A stretch of 64,000 bases of DNA from Eledone cirrhosa (taxonomy: Eukaryota). Below the pieces are notes generated by a model. The model saw only the letters and a list, made by a program, of their open reading frames with translations. It searched no databases and was not told where the DNA came from. The stretch spans positions 28,148,001 to 28,212,000 of the forward strand of contig OZ024740.1 of assembly GCA_964016885.1 (NCBI GenBank). The letters run 5' to 3'. Position 1 is the stretch's first letter; each line of letters starts with the position of its first letter. Positions 14,801-29,619 of the stretch are shown here, one piece after another. The position numbers and the translations under genes are program-made.

Positions 14801-17800
14801 TATATGTGATTTTCCTGAATATATGTGATTTTCCTGAGTATATGTTATTTCCCTGAATATATATGATTTTCCTGAGTATATGTGATTTTCCTGTGTATAT
14901 ATGATTTTCCTGAGTATATGTGATTTTCCTGAGTATATGTGATTTCCCTGAGAATATGAGATTTTCATGAGTATATGTGATTTCACTAGGTATATGTGAT
15001 TTTCCTGACTTTATTTGATTTTTCTGACTATATGTGATTTCATTGGGTATATGTGATTTTCCTGAGTATATGTGATTTTCATGAGTATACGTGATTTTCC
15101 TGAGTATATGTGATTTTCCTGACTATATGTTATTTTCCTGAGTATATGTGATTTACCTGAGTATATGTGATTTCCCTGAGTATATGTGATTTTCCTGACT
15201 ATTTGTGATTTTCCTGACTGTATGTGATTTTCCTGACTATATGTGATTTTCCTGAGTATATGTGATTTTCCTGACTATATGTGATTTTCCTGAGTATATG
15301 TAATTTCCCTGAGTATATGGGATTTTCCTGAGTATATGTGATCTCCTGACTATATGTGATTTTCCTGAGTATATGTGATTTCCCTGACTATATGTGATTT
15401 CCCTGAGTATATGTGATTTTCCTGAGTATATGTGATTTTCCTGAGTATATGTGATTTCCCTGACTAAATGTGATTTTCGTGATTATATGTGATCTTCCTG
15501 AGTATATGTGATTTTCCTGAGTATATGTGATTTCCCTGAGTATATGTGATTTTCCTGACAATATGTGATTTTCCTGAGTATATGTGATTTTCCTGAGTAT
15601 ATGTGATTTTCCTGAGTATATGTGATTTTCTTGAGTATATGTGATTTTCCTGAGTATATGTGATTTCCCTCAGTATATGTGATTTTCCTGACTATTTGTG
15701 ATTTTCCTGACTATGTGATTTTCTTGACTATATGTGATTTTCCTGAGTATATGTGATTTTCCTGACTATATGTGATTTTCCTGAGTATATAAAATTTCCC
15801 TGAGTATATGTGATTTTCCTGAGTATATGTGATTTTCCTGACTATATGTGATTTTCCTGAGTATATGTGATTTCCCTGACTATATGTGATTTCCCGGAGT
15901 ATATGTGATTTCCATCAGTATATGTGATTTTCCTGAGTATATGTGATCTTCCTGAGTATATGTGATTTTCCTGAGAATATGTGATTTACCTGAGTATATG
16001 TGATCTTCCTGAGTATATGTGATTTTCCTGAGTATATGTGATTTCCCTGAGTATATGTGATTTTCCTGAGTATATGTGATTTTCCTGACTATATGTGATT
16101 TTCCTGAGTATATGTGATTTTCCTGACTATATGTGATTTTCCTGAGTATATGTGATTTTCCTGACTATATGTGATTTTCCTGACAATATGTGATTTTCCT
16201 GAGTATGTGTGATTTCCCTGAGTATATGTGATTTTCATGAGTATATGTAATCTTCCTGAGTATATGTGATTTTCCTGAGTATATGCGATTTTCCTGAGTA
16301 TATGTGATTTTCCTGAGTATATGTGATTTATTTGAGTATATGTGATTTCCCTGACTATATGTGATTTTCCTGAGTATATGTGATTTCCCTGAGTATATGT
16401 GATTATCCTGAGTATATGTGATCTCTTGACTATATGTGATTTTCCTGAGTATATGTGATTTCCCTGACTATATGTGATTTCCCTGAGTATATGTGATTTT
16501 CCTGAGTATATGTGATTTTCCTGAGTATATGTGATTTCCCTGACTATATGTGATTTTCATGATTATATGTGATCTTCCTGAGTATATGTGATTTTCCTGA
16601 GTATATGTGATTTCCCTGAGTATATGTGATTTTCCTGAGTATCTGTGATTTTCATGACTATATGTGATTCTCCTGAGTATATGTGATTTTCATGACTATG
16701 TTATTTTCCTGACAATATGTGATTTACCTGAGTATATGTGATTTTCCTGAGTATATGTGATTTTCCTGAGTATATGTGATTTTCTTGAGTATATGTGATT
16801 TTCCTGAGTATATGTGATTTCCCTGAGTATATGTGATTTTCCTGACTATTTGTGATTTTCCTGACTATGTGATTTTCTTGACTATATGTGATTTTCCTGA
16901 GTATATGTGATTTTGCTGACTATGTGATTTTCCTGAGTATATAAAATTTCCCTGAGTATATGTGATTTTCCTGAGTATATGTGATTTTCCTGAGTATATG
17001 TCATCTTCCTGAGTATATGTGATTTTCCTGAGTATATGTGATTTCCCTGAGTATATGTGATGTTCCTGAGTATATGTGATTTTCCTGACTATATGTGATT
17101 TTCCTGAGTATATGTGATTTTCCTGACTATATGTGATTTTCCTGAGTATATGTGATTTCCCTGAGTATATGTGACTTTCCTGAGTATATGTTATTTTCCT
17201 GAGTATTTGATTTTCCTGACTATTTGTGATCTTCCTGAGTATATGTGATTTTCCTGAGTATATGCGATTTTCCTGAGTATATGTGATTTTCCTGACTATA
17301 TGTGATCTTTCTGAGTATATGTGATTTCCCTGAGTATATGTGATTTTGCTGACTATTTGTGATTTTCCTGAGTATATGTGATTTTCCTGACTATATGTGA
17401 TTTTCCTGAGTATATGTGATCTTCCTGAGTATATGTGATTTTCCTGAGTATAGGCGATTTTCCTGAGTATATGTGATTTTGCTGACTATATGTGATCTTC
17501 CTCAGTATATGTGATTTCCCGCAATATATGTGATTTTCCTGAGTGTATGTGATTTTCCTGAGTATATGTGATCTCCCTGAATATATGTGATTTTCCTGAG
17601 TATATGTGATTTTCCTGTGTATATATGATTTTCCTGAGTATATGTGATTTTCCTGAGTATATGTGATTTCCCTGAGTATATGTGATTTTCCTGAGTATAT
17701 GTGATTTTCCTGAGTATATGTGATTTCCTTGACTATATGTGATTTCCCTGACGATATGTGATTTTCCTAACTATATGTGATTTTCCTGACTATATGAGAT

Positions 17801-20800
17801 TTTCCTGAGTATATGTGATTTTCCTGACTATATGTAATTTTACTGAGTATATGTGATTTACCTGACTAGAAGTGATTTTACTGAGTATATGTGATTTCCC
17901 TGACTATATGTGATTTTCCTGAATATATGTGATTTTCTTGACAATATGTGATTTTCCTGAGTATATGTGATTTTCCTGAGTATATGTGATTTTCCTGATT
18001 ATATGTGATTTCCCTGAGTATATGTGATTTTCCTGAGTATATATGATTTAACTTAGTATATGTGATTTTCCTGAGTATATGTGATTTACCTGACTATATG
18101 TGATTTTCCTGAGTATATGTGATCTTTCTGAGTATATGTGATTTCCCTGAGTATATGTTATTTTACTGAGTATATGTGATTTCTTTGAGTATATGTGATT
18201 TCCCTGACTATATGTGATGTTCCTGAGCATATGTGATCTTCCTGAGTTTATGTGATTTTCCTGAGTATAGGCGATTTTCCTGAGTATATGTGATTTTTCT
18301 GACTATATGTGATTTTCCTGAGTATATTTGATTTCCCTGAGTATATGTGATTTTCCTGAGTATATGTGATTTTCCTGAGTATATGTGATTTTCCTGAGTA
18401 TATGCGATTTTCCTGAGTATATGTGATTTTCCTGAGTATATGTGATTTTGCTGACTATTTGTGATTTTCCTGAGTATATGTGATTTTCCTGACTATATGT
18501 GATTTTCCTGAGTATATGTGATCTTCCTGAGTATATGTGATTTTCCTGAGTATAGGCGATTTTCCTGAGTATATGTGATTTTGCTGACTATATGTGATCT
18601 TCCTCAGTATATGTGATTTCCCGCAATATATGTGATTTTCCTGAGTGTATGTGATTTTCCTGAGTATATGTGATCTCCCTGAATATATGTGATTTTCCTG
18701 AGTATATGTGATTTTCCTGTGTATATATGATTTTCCTGAGTATATGTGATTTTCCTGAGTATATGTGATTTCCCTGAGTATATGTGATTTTCCTGAGTAT
18801 ATGTGATTTTCCTGAGTATATGTGATTTCCTTGAATATATGTGATTTCCCTGACGATATGTGATTTTCCTAACTATATGTGATTTTCCTGACTATATGAG
18901 ATTTTCCTGAGTATATGTGATTTTCCTGACTATATGTAATTTTACTGAGTATATGTGATTTACCTGACTAGAAGTGATTTTACTGAGTATATGTGATTTC
19001 CCTGACTATATGTGATTTTCCTGAATATATGTGATTTTCTTGACAATATGTGATTTTCCTGAGTATATGTGATTTTCCTGAGTATATGTGATTTTCCTGA
19101 TTATATGTGATTTCCCTGAGTATATGTGATTTTCCTGAGTATATATGATTTAACTTAGTATATGTGATTTTCCTGAGTATATGTGATTTACCTGACTATA
19201 TGTGATTTTCCTGAGTATATGTGATCTTTCTGAGTATATGTGATTTCCCTGAGTATATGTTATTTTACTGAGTATATGTGATTTCTTTGAGTATATGTGA
19301 TTTCCCTGACTATATGTGATGTTCCTGAGTATATGTGATCTTCCTGAGTATATGTGATTTTCCTGAGTATAGGCGATTTTCCTGAGTATATGTGATTTTT
19401 CTGACTATATGATATTTTCCTGAGTATATTTGATTTCCCTGAGTATATGTGATTTTCCTGAGTATATGTGATTTTCCTGAGTATATGTGATTTTCCTGAG
19501 TCTATGTGATTTTCCTGAGTATATGTGATTTCCCTGAATATATGTGATTTTCCAGAGTATATGCGATTTTCCTGAGTATATGTGATTTCCTTGAGTATAT
19601 GTGATTTCCCTGAGTATATGTGATTTTCCTGACTATTTGTGATTTTCCTGAGTATATGTGATTTTCCTGACTATATGTGATTTTCCTGAGTATATGTGAT
19701 CTTTCTGAGTATATGTGATTTTCCTGAGTATAGGCGATTTTCCTGAGTATATGTGATTTTGCTGACTATATGTCATCTTCCTGAGTATGTGTGATTTCCA
19801 GGAATATATGTGATTTTCCTGAGTGTATGTGATTTTGCTGAGTATATGTGATTTTCCTGAATATATGTGATTTTCCTGAGTATATGTTATTTCCCTGAAT
19901 ATATGTGATTTTCCTGAGTATATGTGATTTTCCTGTGTAAATATGATTTTCCTGAGTATATGTGATTTTCATGAGTATATGTGAATTCCCTGAGTATATG
20001 AGATTTTCATGAGTATATGTGATTTCACTAGGTATATGTGATTTTCCTGACTATATTTGATTTTTCTGACTATATGTGATTTCATTGGGTATATGTGATT
20101 TTCCTGAGTATATGTGATTTTCATGAGTATACGTGATTTTCCTGAGTATATGTGATTTTCCTGACTATATGTGATTTTCCTGAGTATATGTGATTTCCCT
20201 GACTATATGTGATTTCCCTGAGTATATGTGATTTTCCTGAGTATATGTGATTTTCCTGAGTATATGTGATTTCCCTGACTATATGTGATTTTCGTGATTA
20301 TATGTGATCTTCCTGAGTATATGTGATTTTCCTGAGTATATGTGATTTCCCTGAGTATATGTGATTTTCCTGAGTATATGTGATTTTCATCACTATATGT
20401 GATTTTCCTGAGTATATGTGATTTTCATGACTATGTGATTTTCCTGACAATATGTGATTTTCCTGAGTATATGTGATTTTCCTGAGTATATGAGATTTTC
20501 CTGAGTATATGTGATTTTCTTGAGTATATGTGATTTTCCTGAGTATATGTCATTTCCCTGAGTATATGTGATTTTCCTGACTATTTGTGATTTTCCTGAC
20601 TATGTGATTTTCTTGACTATATGTGATTTTCCTGAGTATATGTGATTTTCCTGACTATATGTGATTTTCCTGAGTATATAAAATTTCCCTGAGTATGTGT
20701 GATTTTCTTGAGTATATGTGATTTTCCTGACTATATGTGATTTTCCTGAGTATATGTGATTTCCCTGACTATATGTTATTTCCCGGAGTATATGTGATTT

Positions 20801-21083
20801 CCATGAGTATATGTGATTTTCCTGAGTATATGTGATCTTCCTGAGTAAATATGATTTTCCTGAGTATATGTGATTTTCCTGAGTATATGTGATCTTCCTG
20901 AGTATATGTGATTTACCTGAGTATATGTGATTTCCCTGAGTATGTGTGATTTTCCTGAGTATATGTGATTTTCCTTATTATATGTGATTTTCCTGAGTAT
21001 ACGTGATTTTCATGACTATATGTGATTTTCCTGAGTATATGTGATTTTCCTGACTATATGTGATTTTCCTGAGTATATGTGAT
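5874..21083. repeat. Tandem duplication of a ~7.5-7.65 kb HOR block (copy 1 ~5874-13373, copy 2 ~13374-21083)
   Basis: Identical ORF-track peptides recur at offsets 7500 (6050/13550, 7091/14591), 7502 (10546/18048) and 7654 (12112/19766). The lines match letter for letter apart from rare SNVs, a 2-nt indel (~9366) and an 8-monomer indel (~18300-18450). Confidence 0.95.
9850..11750. repeat. Nested 950-bp (50-monomer) tandem duplication; its homologues have periods of 1102 bp (~17350-19400) and 1140 bp (~46650-48820)
   Basis: The rare marker monomer ...TTCCCGCAAT ends its CCCGC at 10020/10970, 17522/18624 and 46913/48053. The differences are 50, 58 and 60 x 19. Confidence 0.93.
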
Positions 21084-21977
21084 TTTCCTGACTATATGTG
21101 ATTTTCCTGAGTTTATGTGATTTTCCTGACTATATGTGATATTCCTGAGTATATGTGATTTTCCTGACTATATGTGATTTTCCTGAGTATATGTGATCTT
21201 CCTGAGTATATGTGATTTTCCTGAGTATATGCGATTTTCCTGAGTATATGTGATTTTCCTGAGTATATGTGATTTATTTGAGTATATGTGATTTCCCTGA
21301 CTATATGTGATTTTCCTGAGTATATGTGATTTCCCTGAGTATATGTGATTTTCCTGAGTATATGTTATTTTCCTGAGTATTTGATTTTCCTGACTATTTG
21401 TGATTTTCCTGACTATATGTGATTTTCCTGAGTATATCTGATCTTCCTGAGTATATGTGATTTTCCTGAGTATATGCGATTTTCCTGAGTATATGTGATT
21501 TTCCTGACTATATGTGATCTTTCTGAGTATATGTGATTTCCCTGAGTACATGTGATTTTGCTGACTATTTGTGATTTTCCTGAGTATATGTGATTTTCCT
21601 AACTATATGTGATATTCCTGAGTATATGTGATATTCCTGAGTATATGTGATTTTCCTGAGTATAGGCGATTTTCCTGAGTATACGTGATTTTGCTGACTA
21701 TATGTGATCTTCCTCAGTATATGTGATTTCCCGCAATATATGTGATTTTCCTGAGTGTATGTGATCTCCCTGAATATATGTGATTTTCCTGAGTATATGT
21801 GATTTTCCTGAGTATATGTGATTTCCCTGAGTATATGTGATTTTCCTGAGTATATGTGATTTTCCTGAGTATATGTGATTTCCCTGACTATATGTGATTT
21901 CCCTGACGATATGTGATTTTCCTAACTATATGTGATTTTCCTGACTATATGAGATTTTCCTGAGTATATGTGATTTT

Positions 21978-24900
21978 CCTGACTATATGTAATTTTCCTG
22001 AGTATATGTGATTTACCTGACTAGAAGTGATTTTTCTGAGTATATATGATTTAACTGAGTATACGTGATTTTCCGGAGTATATGTAATTCCTTTGAGTAT
22101 ATGTGATTTCCCTTACTATATGTGATGTTCCTGAGTATATGTGATCTTCCTGAGTATATGTGATTTTCCTGAGTATAGGCGATTTTCCTGAGTATATGTG
22201 ATTTTTCTGACTATATGTGATCTTCCTGAGTATATGTGATTTCCCTGAGTATATGTGATTTTCCTGAGTATATATGATTTTCCTGAGTATATGTGATTTT
22301 CCTGAGTATATGTGATTTCCCTGAATATATGTGATTTTCCAGAGTATATGTGATTTTTCTGTGTATATATAATTTTCATGAGTATATGTGACTTTCCTGA
22401 GTATATGTGATTTCCCTGAGTATATGTGATTTTCCTCAGTATATGTGATTTTCCTGACAATATGTGATTTTCCTGAGTATATGTGATTTTCCTGAGTATA
22501 TGTGATTTTCCTGAGTATATGTGATTTTCTTGAGTATATGTGATTTTCCTGAGTATATGTGATTTCCCTGAGTATATGTGATTTTCCTGACTATTTGTGA
22601 TTTTCCTGACTACATGATTTTCTTGACTATAACTGATTTTCCTGAGTATATGTGATTTTCCTGACTATATGTGATTTTCCTGAGTATATAAAATTTCCCT
22701 GAGTATATGTGATTTTCCTGAGTATATCTAATTTCCCTGAGCATATGTGATTTTCCTGAGTATATGTGATCTCCTGACTATATGTGATTTTCCTGAGTAT
22801 ATGTGATTTCCCTGACTATATGTGATTTCCCTGAGTATATGTGATTTTCCTGAGTATACGTGATTTTCCTGAGTTTATGTGATTTCCCTGACTATATGTG
22901 ATTTTCATGATTATATGTGATCTTCCTGAGTATATGTGATTTTCCTGAGTATATGTGATTTCCCTGAGTATATGTGATTTTCCTGAGTATATGTGATTGT
23001 CATGACTATATGTGATTTTCCTGAGTATATGTGATTTTCATGACTATGTGATTTTCCTGACAATATGTGATTTTCATGAGTATATGTGATTTTCCTGAGT
23101 ATATGTGATTTTCCTGAGTATATGTGATTTTCTTGAGTATATGTGATTTTCCTGAGTATATGTGATTTCCCTGAGTATATGTGATTTCCCTGACTATATG
23201 TGATTTCCCGGAGTATATGTGATTTTCCTGAGTATATGTGATTTTCCTGACTATGTGATTTTCTTGACTATATGTGATTTTCCTGAGTATATGTGATTTT
23301 GCTGACTATATGTGATTTTCCTGAGTATATAAAATTTCCCTGAGTATATCTGATTTTCCTGAGTATATGTGATTTTCCTGACTATATGTGCTTTTCCTGA
23401 GTATATGTGATTTCCCTGACTATATGTGATTTCCCAGAGTATATGTGATTTTCATGAGTATATGTGATTTTCCTGAGTATATGTGATCTTCCTGAGTATA
23501 TGTGATTTTCCTCAGTATATGTGATTTTCCTGAGTATATGTGATCTTCCTGAGTATATGTGATTTTCCTGAGTATATGTGATTTCCCTGAGTATATGTGA
23601 TTTTCATGAGTATATGTGATTTTCCTGACTATATGTGATTTTCCTGAGTATATGTGATTTTCATGACTATATGTGATTTTCCTGAGTATATGTGATTTTC
23701 CTGACTATATGTGATTTTCCTGACAATATGTGATTTTCCTGAGTATGTGTGATTTCCCTGAGTATATGTGATTTTCATGAGTATACGTGATTTTCCAGAG
23801 TATATGTAATTTCTTTGAGTATATGTGATTTCCCTGACTATATGTAATTTTCCTGAGTATATGTGATTTACCTGACTAGAAGTGATTTTTCTGAGTATAT
23901 ATGATTTAACTGAGTATACGTGATTTTCCGGAGTATATGTAATTCCTTTGAGTATATGTGATTTCCCTTACTATATGTGATGTTCCTGAGTATATGTGAT
24001 CTTCCTGAGTATATGTGATTTTCCTGAGTATAGGCGATTTTCCTGAGTATATGTGATTTTTCTGACTATATGTGATCTTCCTGAGTATATGTGATTTCCC
24101 TGAGTATATGTGATTTTCCTGAGTATATATGATTTTCCTGAGTATATGTGATTTTCCTGAGTATATGTGATTTCCCTGAATATATGTGATTTTCCAGAGT
24201 ATATGTGATTTTTCTGTGTATATATAATTTTCATGAGTATATGTGACTTTCCTGAGTATATGTGATTTCCCTGAGTATATGTGATTTTCCTCAGTATATG
24301 TGATTTTCCTGACAATATGTGATTTTCCTGAGTATATGTGATTTTCCTGAGTATATGTGATTTTCCTGAGTATATGTGATTTTCTTGAGTATATGTGATT
24401 TTCCTGAGTATATGTGATTTCCCTGAGTATATGTGATTTTCCTGACTATTTGTGATTTTCCTGACTATATGATTTTCTTGACTATAACTGATTTTCCTGA
24501 GTATATGTGATTTTCCTGACTATATGTGATTTTCCTGAGTATATAAAATTTCCCTGAGTATATGTGATTTTCCTGAGTATATCTAATTTCCCTGAGCATA
24601 TGTGATTTTCCTGAGTATATGTGATCTCCTGACTATATGTGATTTTCCTGAGTATATGTGATTTCCCTGACTATATGTGATTTCCCTGAGTATATGTGAT
24701 TTTCCTGAGTATACGTGATTTTCCTGAGTTTATGTGATTTCCCTGACTATATGTGATTTTCATGATTATATGTGATCTTCCTGAGTATATGTGATTTTCC
24801 TGAGTATATGTGATTTCCCTGAGTATATGTGATTTTCCTGAGTATATGTGATTTTCATGACTATATGTGATTTTCCTGAGTATATGTGATTTTCATGACT

Positions 24901-25690
24901 ATGTGATTTTCCTGACAATATGTGATTTTCATGAGTATATGTGATTTTCCTGAGTATATGTGATTTTCCTGAGTATATGTGATTTTCTTGAGTATATGTG
25001 ATTTTCCTGAGTATATGTGATTTCCCTGAGTATATGTGATTTCCCTGACTATATGTGATTTCCCGGAGTATATGTGATTTTCCTGAGTATATGTGATTTT
25101 CCTGACTATGTGATTTTCTTGACTATATGTGATTTTCCTGAGTATATGTGATTTTGCTGACTATATGTGATTTTCCTGAGTATATAAAATTTCCCTGAGT
25201 ATATCTGATTTTCCTGAGTATATGTGATTTTCCTGACTATATGTGCTTTTCCTGAGTATATGTGATTTCCCTGACTATATGTGATTTCCCAGAGTATATG
25301 TGATTTTCATGAGTATATGTGATTTTCCTGAGTATATGTGATCTTCCTGAGTATATGTGATTTTCCTCAGTATATGTGATTTTCCTGAGTATATGTGATC
25401 TTCCTGAGTATATGTGATTTTCCTGAGTATATGTGATTTCCCTGAGTATATGTGATTTTCATGAGTATATGTGATTTTCCTGACTATATGTGATTTTCCT
25501 GAGTATATGTGATTTTCATGACTATATGTGATTTTCCTGAGTATATGTGATTTTCCTGACTATATGTGATTTTCCTGACAATATGTGATTTTCCTGAGTA
25601 TGTGTGATTTCCCTGAGTATATGTGATTTTCATGAGTATACGTGATTTTCCAGAGTATATGTAATTTCTTTGAGTATATGTGATTTCCCT
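21978..25690. repeat. 1855-bp (98-monomer) tandem duplication
   Basis: ORFs at 22116 and 23971 are identical (offset 1855). Markers ACTAGAAG, TTCCGGAG, TATAACTG and GTGCTTTT recur at the same offset. The junction is near 23833. Confidence 0.93.
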
Positions 25691-28600
25691 GACTATATGT
25701 GATGTTCCTGAGTATATGTGATCTTCCTGAGTATATGTGATTTTCCTGAGTATAGGCGATTTTCCTGAGTATATGTGATTTTTCTGACTATATGTGATCT
25801 TCCTGAGTATATGTGATTTCCCTGAGTATATGTGATTTTCCTGAGTATATATGATTTTCATGAGTATATGTGATTTTCCTGAGTATATGTGATTTCCCTG
25901 AATATATGTGATTTTCCAGAGTATATGTGATTTTTCTGTGTATATATAATTTTCCTGAGTATATATGACTTTCCTGAGTATATGTGATTTTCCTGAGTAT
26001 ATGTGATTTTCCTCAGTATACGTGATTTTCCTGACAATATTTGATTTTCCTGAGTATATGTGATTTTCCTGAGTATATGTGATTTTCCTGAGTATATGTG
26101 ATTTTCTTGAGTATATGTGATTTTCCTGAGTATATGTGATTTCCCTGAGTATATGTGATTTTCCTGACTATTTGTGATTTTCCTGACTATGTGATTTTCT
26201 TGACTATATGTGATTTTCCTGAGTATATAAAATTTCCCTGAGTATATGTGATTTTCCTGAGTATATGTGATTTTCCTGACTATATGTGATTTTTCTGAGT
26301 ATATGTGATTTCCCTGACTATATGTGATTTTCCTGAGTATATGTAATTTCCCTGAGTATATGTGATTTTCCTGAGTATATGTGATCTCCTGACTATATGC
26401 GATTTTCCTGAGTATATGTGATTTTCCTGAGTATATGTTATTATCCTGAGTATTTGATTTTCCTGACTATTTGTGATTTTCCTGACTATATGTGATTTTC
26501 ATGAGTATATGTGATCTTCCTGAGTATATGTGATTTTCCTGAGTATATGCGATTTTCCTGAGTATATGTGATTTTCCTGACTATATGTGATTTTCCTGAG
26601 TATATGTGATTTTCCTGAGTATATGTGATTTTGCTGACTATATGTGATTTTCCTGAGTATATGTGATTTCCCTGAGTATATGTGATTTTCCTGAGTATAT
26701 GTGATTTTCCTGACTATATGTGATTTTCATGAGTATATGTGATTTTCCTGACTATATGTGATTTTCCTGAGTATATGTGATTTTCCTGACTATATGTGAT
26801 TTTCCTGACAATATGTGATTTTCCTGAGTATGTGTGATTTCCCTGAGTATATGTGATTTTCATGAGTATATGTGATATTCCTGAGTATATGTGATTTTTC
26901 TGACTATATGTGATTTTCCTGAGTATATGTGATCTTCCTGAGTATATGTGATTTTCCTGAGTATATGCGATTTTCCTGAGTATATGTGATTTTCCTGAGT
27001 ATATGAAATTTCCCTGAGTATATGTGATTTTCCTGACTATTTGTGATTTTCCTGACTATGTGATTTTCTTGACTATATGTGATTTTCCTGAGTATATGTG
27101 ATTTTCCTGACTATATGTGATTTTCTTGAGTATATAAAATTTCCCTGAGTATATGTGATTTTCCTGAGTATATTTGATTTTCCTGACTATATGTGATTTT
27201 CCTGAGTATATGTGATTTCCCTGACTATATGTGATTTCCCTGAGTATATGTGATTTTCCTGAGTATATGTGATTTTCCTGAGTATATGTGATTTCCTTGA
27301 CTATATGTGATTTTCCTGATTATATGTGATCTTCCTGAGTATATGTGATTTTCCTGAGTATATGTGATTTCCCTGAGTATATGTGATTTTCCTGAGTATA
27401 TGTGATTTTCATGACTATATGTGATTTTCCTGAGTATATGTGATTTTCATGATTATGTGATTTTCCTGACAATATGTGATTTTCCTGAGTATATGTGATT
27501 TTCCTGAGTATATGTGATTTTCCTGAGTATATGTGATTTTCTTGAGTATATGTGATTTCCCTGAGTATATGTGATTTCCCTGAGTATATGTGATTTTCCT
27601 GACTATTTGTGATTTTCCTGACTATGTGATTTTCTTGACTATATGTGATTTTCCTGAGTATATGTGATTTTGCTGACTATATGTGATTTTCCTGAGTATA
27701 TAAAATTTCCCTGAGTATATGTGATTTTCCTGAGTATATGTGATTTTCCTGACTATATGTGCTTTTCCTGAGTATATGTGATTTCCCTGACTATATGTGA
27801 TTTCCCGGAGTATATGTGATTTTCATGAGTATATGTGATTTTCCTGAGTATATGTGATCTTCCTGAGTATATGTGATTTTCCTGAGTATATGTGATTTTC
27901 CTGAGTATATGTGATCTTCCTGAGTATATGTGATTTTCCTGAGTATATGTGATTTCCCTGAATATATAGGTGATTTTCCTGAGTATATGTGATTTTCCTG
28001 ACTATATGTGATTTTCCTGACAATATGTGATTTTCCTGAGTATGTGTGATTTCCCTGAGTATATGTGATTTTCATGAGTATATGTGATATTCCTGAGTAT
28101 ATGTGATTTTCCTGACTATATGTGATTTTCCTGAGTATATGTGATCTTCCTGAGTATATGCGATTTTCCTGAGTATATGTGATTTCCCTGAGTATATGTG
28201 ACATTCCTGAGTATATTTTATTTTCCTGAGTATTTGATTTTCCTGACTATATGTGATTTTCATGAGTATATGACATCTTCCTGAGTATATGTGATTTTTC
28301 TGAGTATATGCGATTTTCCTGAGTATATGTGATTTTCCTGAGTATATGTGATTTATTTAAGTATATGTGATTTCCCTGACTATATGTGATTTTCCTGAGT
28401 ATATGTGATTTCCCTGAGTATATGTGATTTTCCTGAGTATATGTTATTATCCTGAGTATTTGATTTTCCTGACTATTTGTGATTTTCCTGACTATATGTG
28501 ATTTTCCTGAGTATATGTGATCTTCCTGAGTATATGTGATTTTCCTGAGTATATGCGATTTTCCTGAGTATATGTGATTTTCCTGACTATATGTGATTTT

Positions 28601-29619
28601 CCTGAGTATATGTGATTTTCCTGAGTATATGTGATTTTGCTGACTATATGTGATTTTCCTGAGTATATGTGATTTCCCTGAGTATATGTGATTTTCCTGA
28701 GTATATGTGATTTTCCTGACTATATGTGATTTTCCTGAGTATATGTGATTTTCCTGACTATATGTGATTTTCCTGAGTATATGTGATTTTCCTGACTATA
28801 TGTGATTTTCCTGACTATATGTGATTTTCCTGAGTATGTGTGATTTCAATGAGTATATGTGATTTTCATGAGTATATGTGATATTCCTGAGTATATGTGA
28901 TTTTCCTGACTATATGTGATTTTCCTGAGTATATGTGATCTTCCTGAGTATATGTGATTTTCCTGAGTATATGCGATTTTCCTGAGTATATGTGATTTTC
29001 CTGAGTATATGTGATTTATTTGAGTATATGTGATTTCCCTGACTATATGTGATTTTCCTGAGTATATGTGATTTCCCTGAGTATATGTGATTTTCCTGAG
29101 TATGTGTTATTTTCCTGAGTATTTGATTTTCCTGACTATTTGTGATTTTCATGACTATATGTGATTTTCCTGAGTATATCTGATCTTCATGAGTATATGT
29201 GATTTTCCTGAGTATATGCGATTTTCCTGAGTATATGTGATTTTCCTGACTATATGTGATCTTTCTGAGTATATGTGATTTCCCTGAGTACATGTGATTT
29301 TGCTGACTATTTGTGATTTTCCTGAGTATATGTGACTTTCCTAACTATATGTGATATTCCTGAGTATATGTGATATTCCTGAGTATATGTGATTTTCCTG
29401 AGTATAGGCGATTTTCCTGAGTATACGTGATTTTTCTGACTATATGTGATCTTCCTCAGTATATGTGATTTCCCGCAATATATGTGATTTTCCTGAGTGT
29501 ATGTGATCTCCCTGAATATATGTGATTTTCCTGAGTATATGTGATTTTCCTGAGTATATGTGATTTCCCTGAGTATATGTGATTTTCCTGAGTATATGTG
29601 ATTTTCCTGAGTATATGTG

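Noticed and set aside
5874-21083. Pure assembly artefact or synthetic sequence, suggested by the round 7500-bp offset
   Set aside because: The offset changes to 7502 and 7654, and the copies carry private SNVs and hierarchically consistent indels, as expected of real evolution. Read-level validation is still needed.
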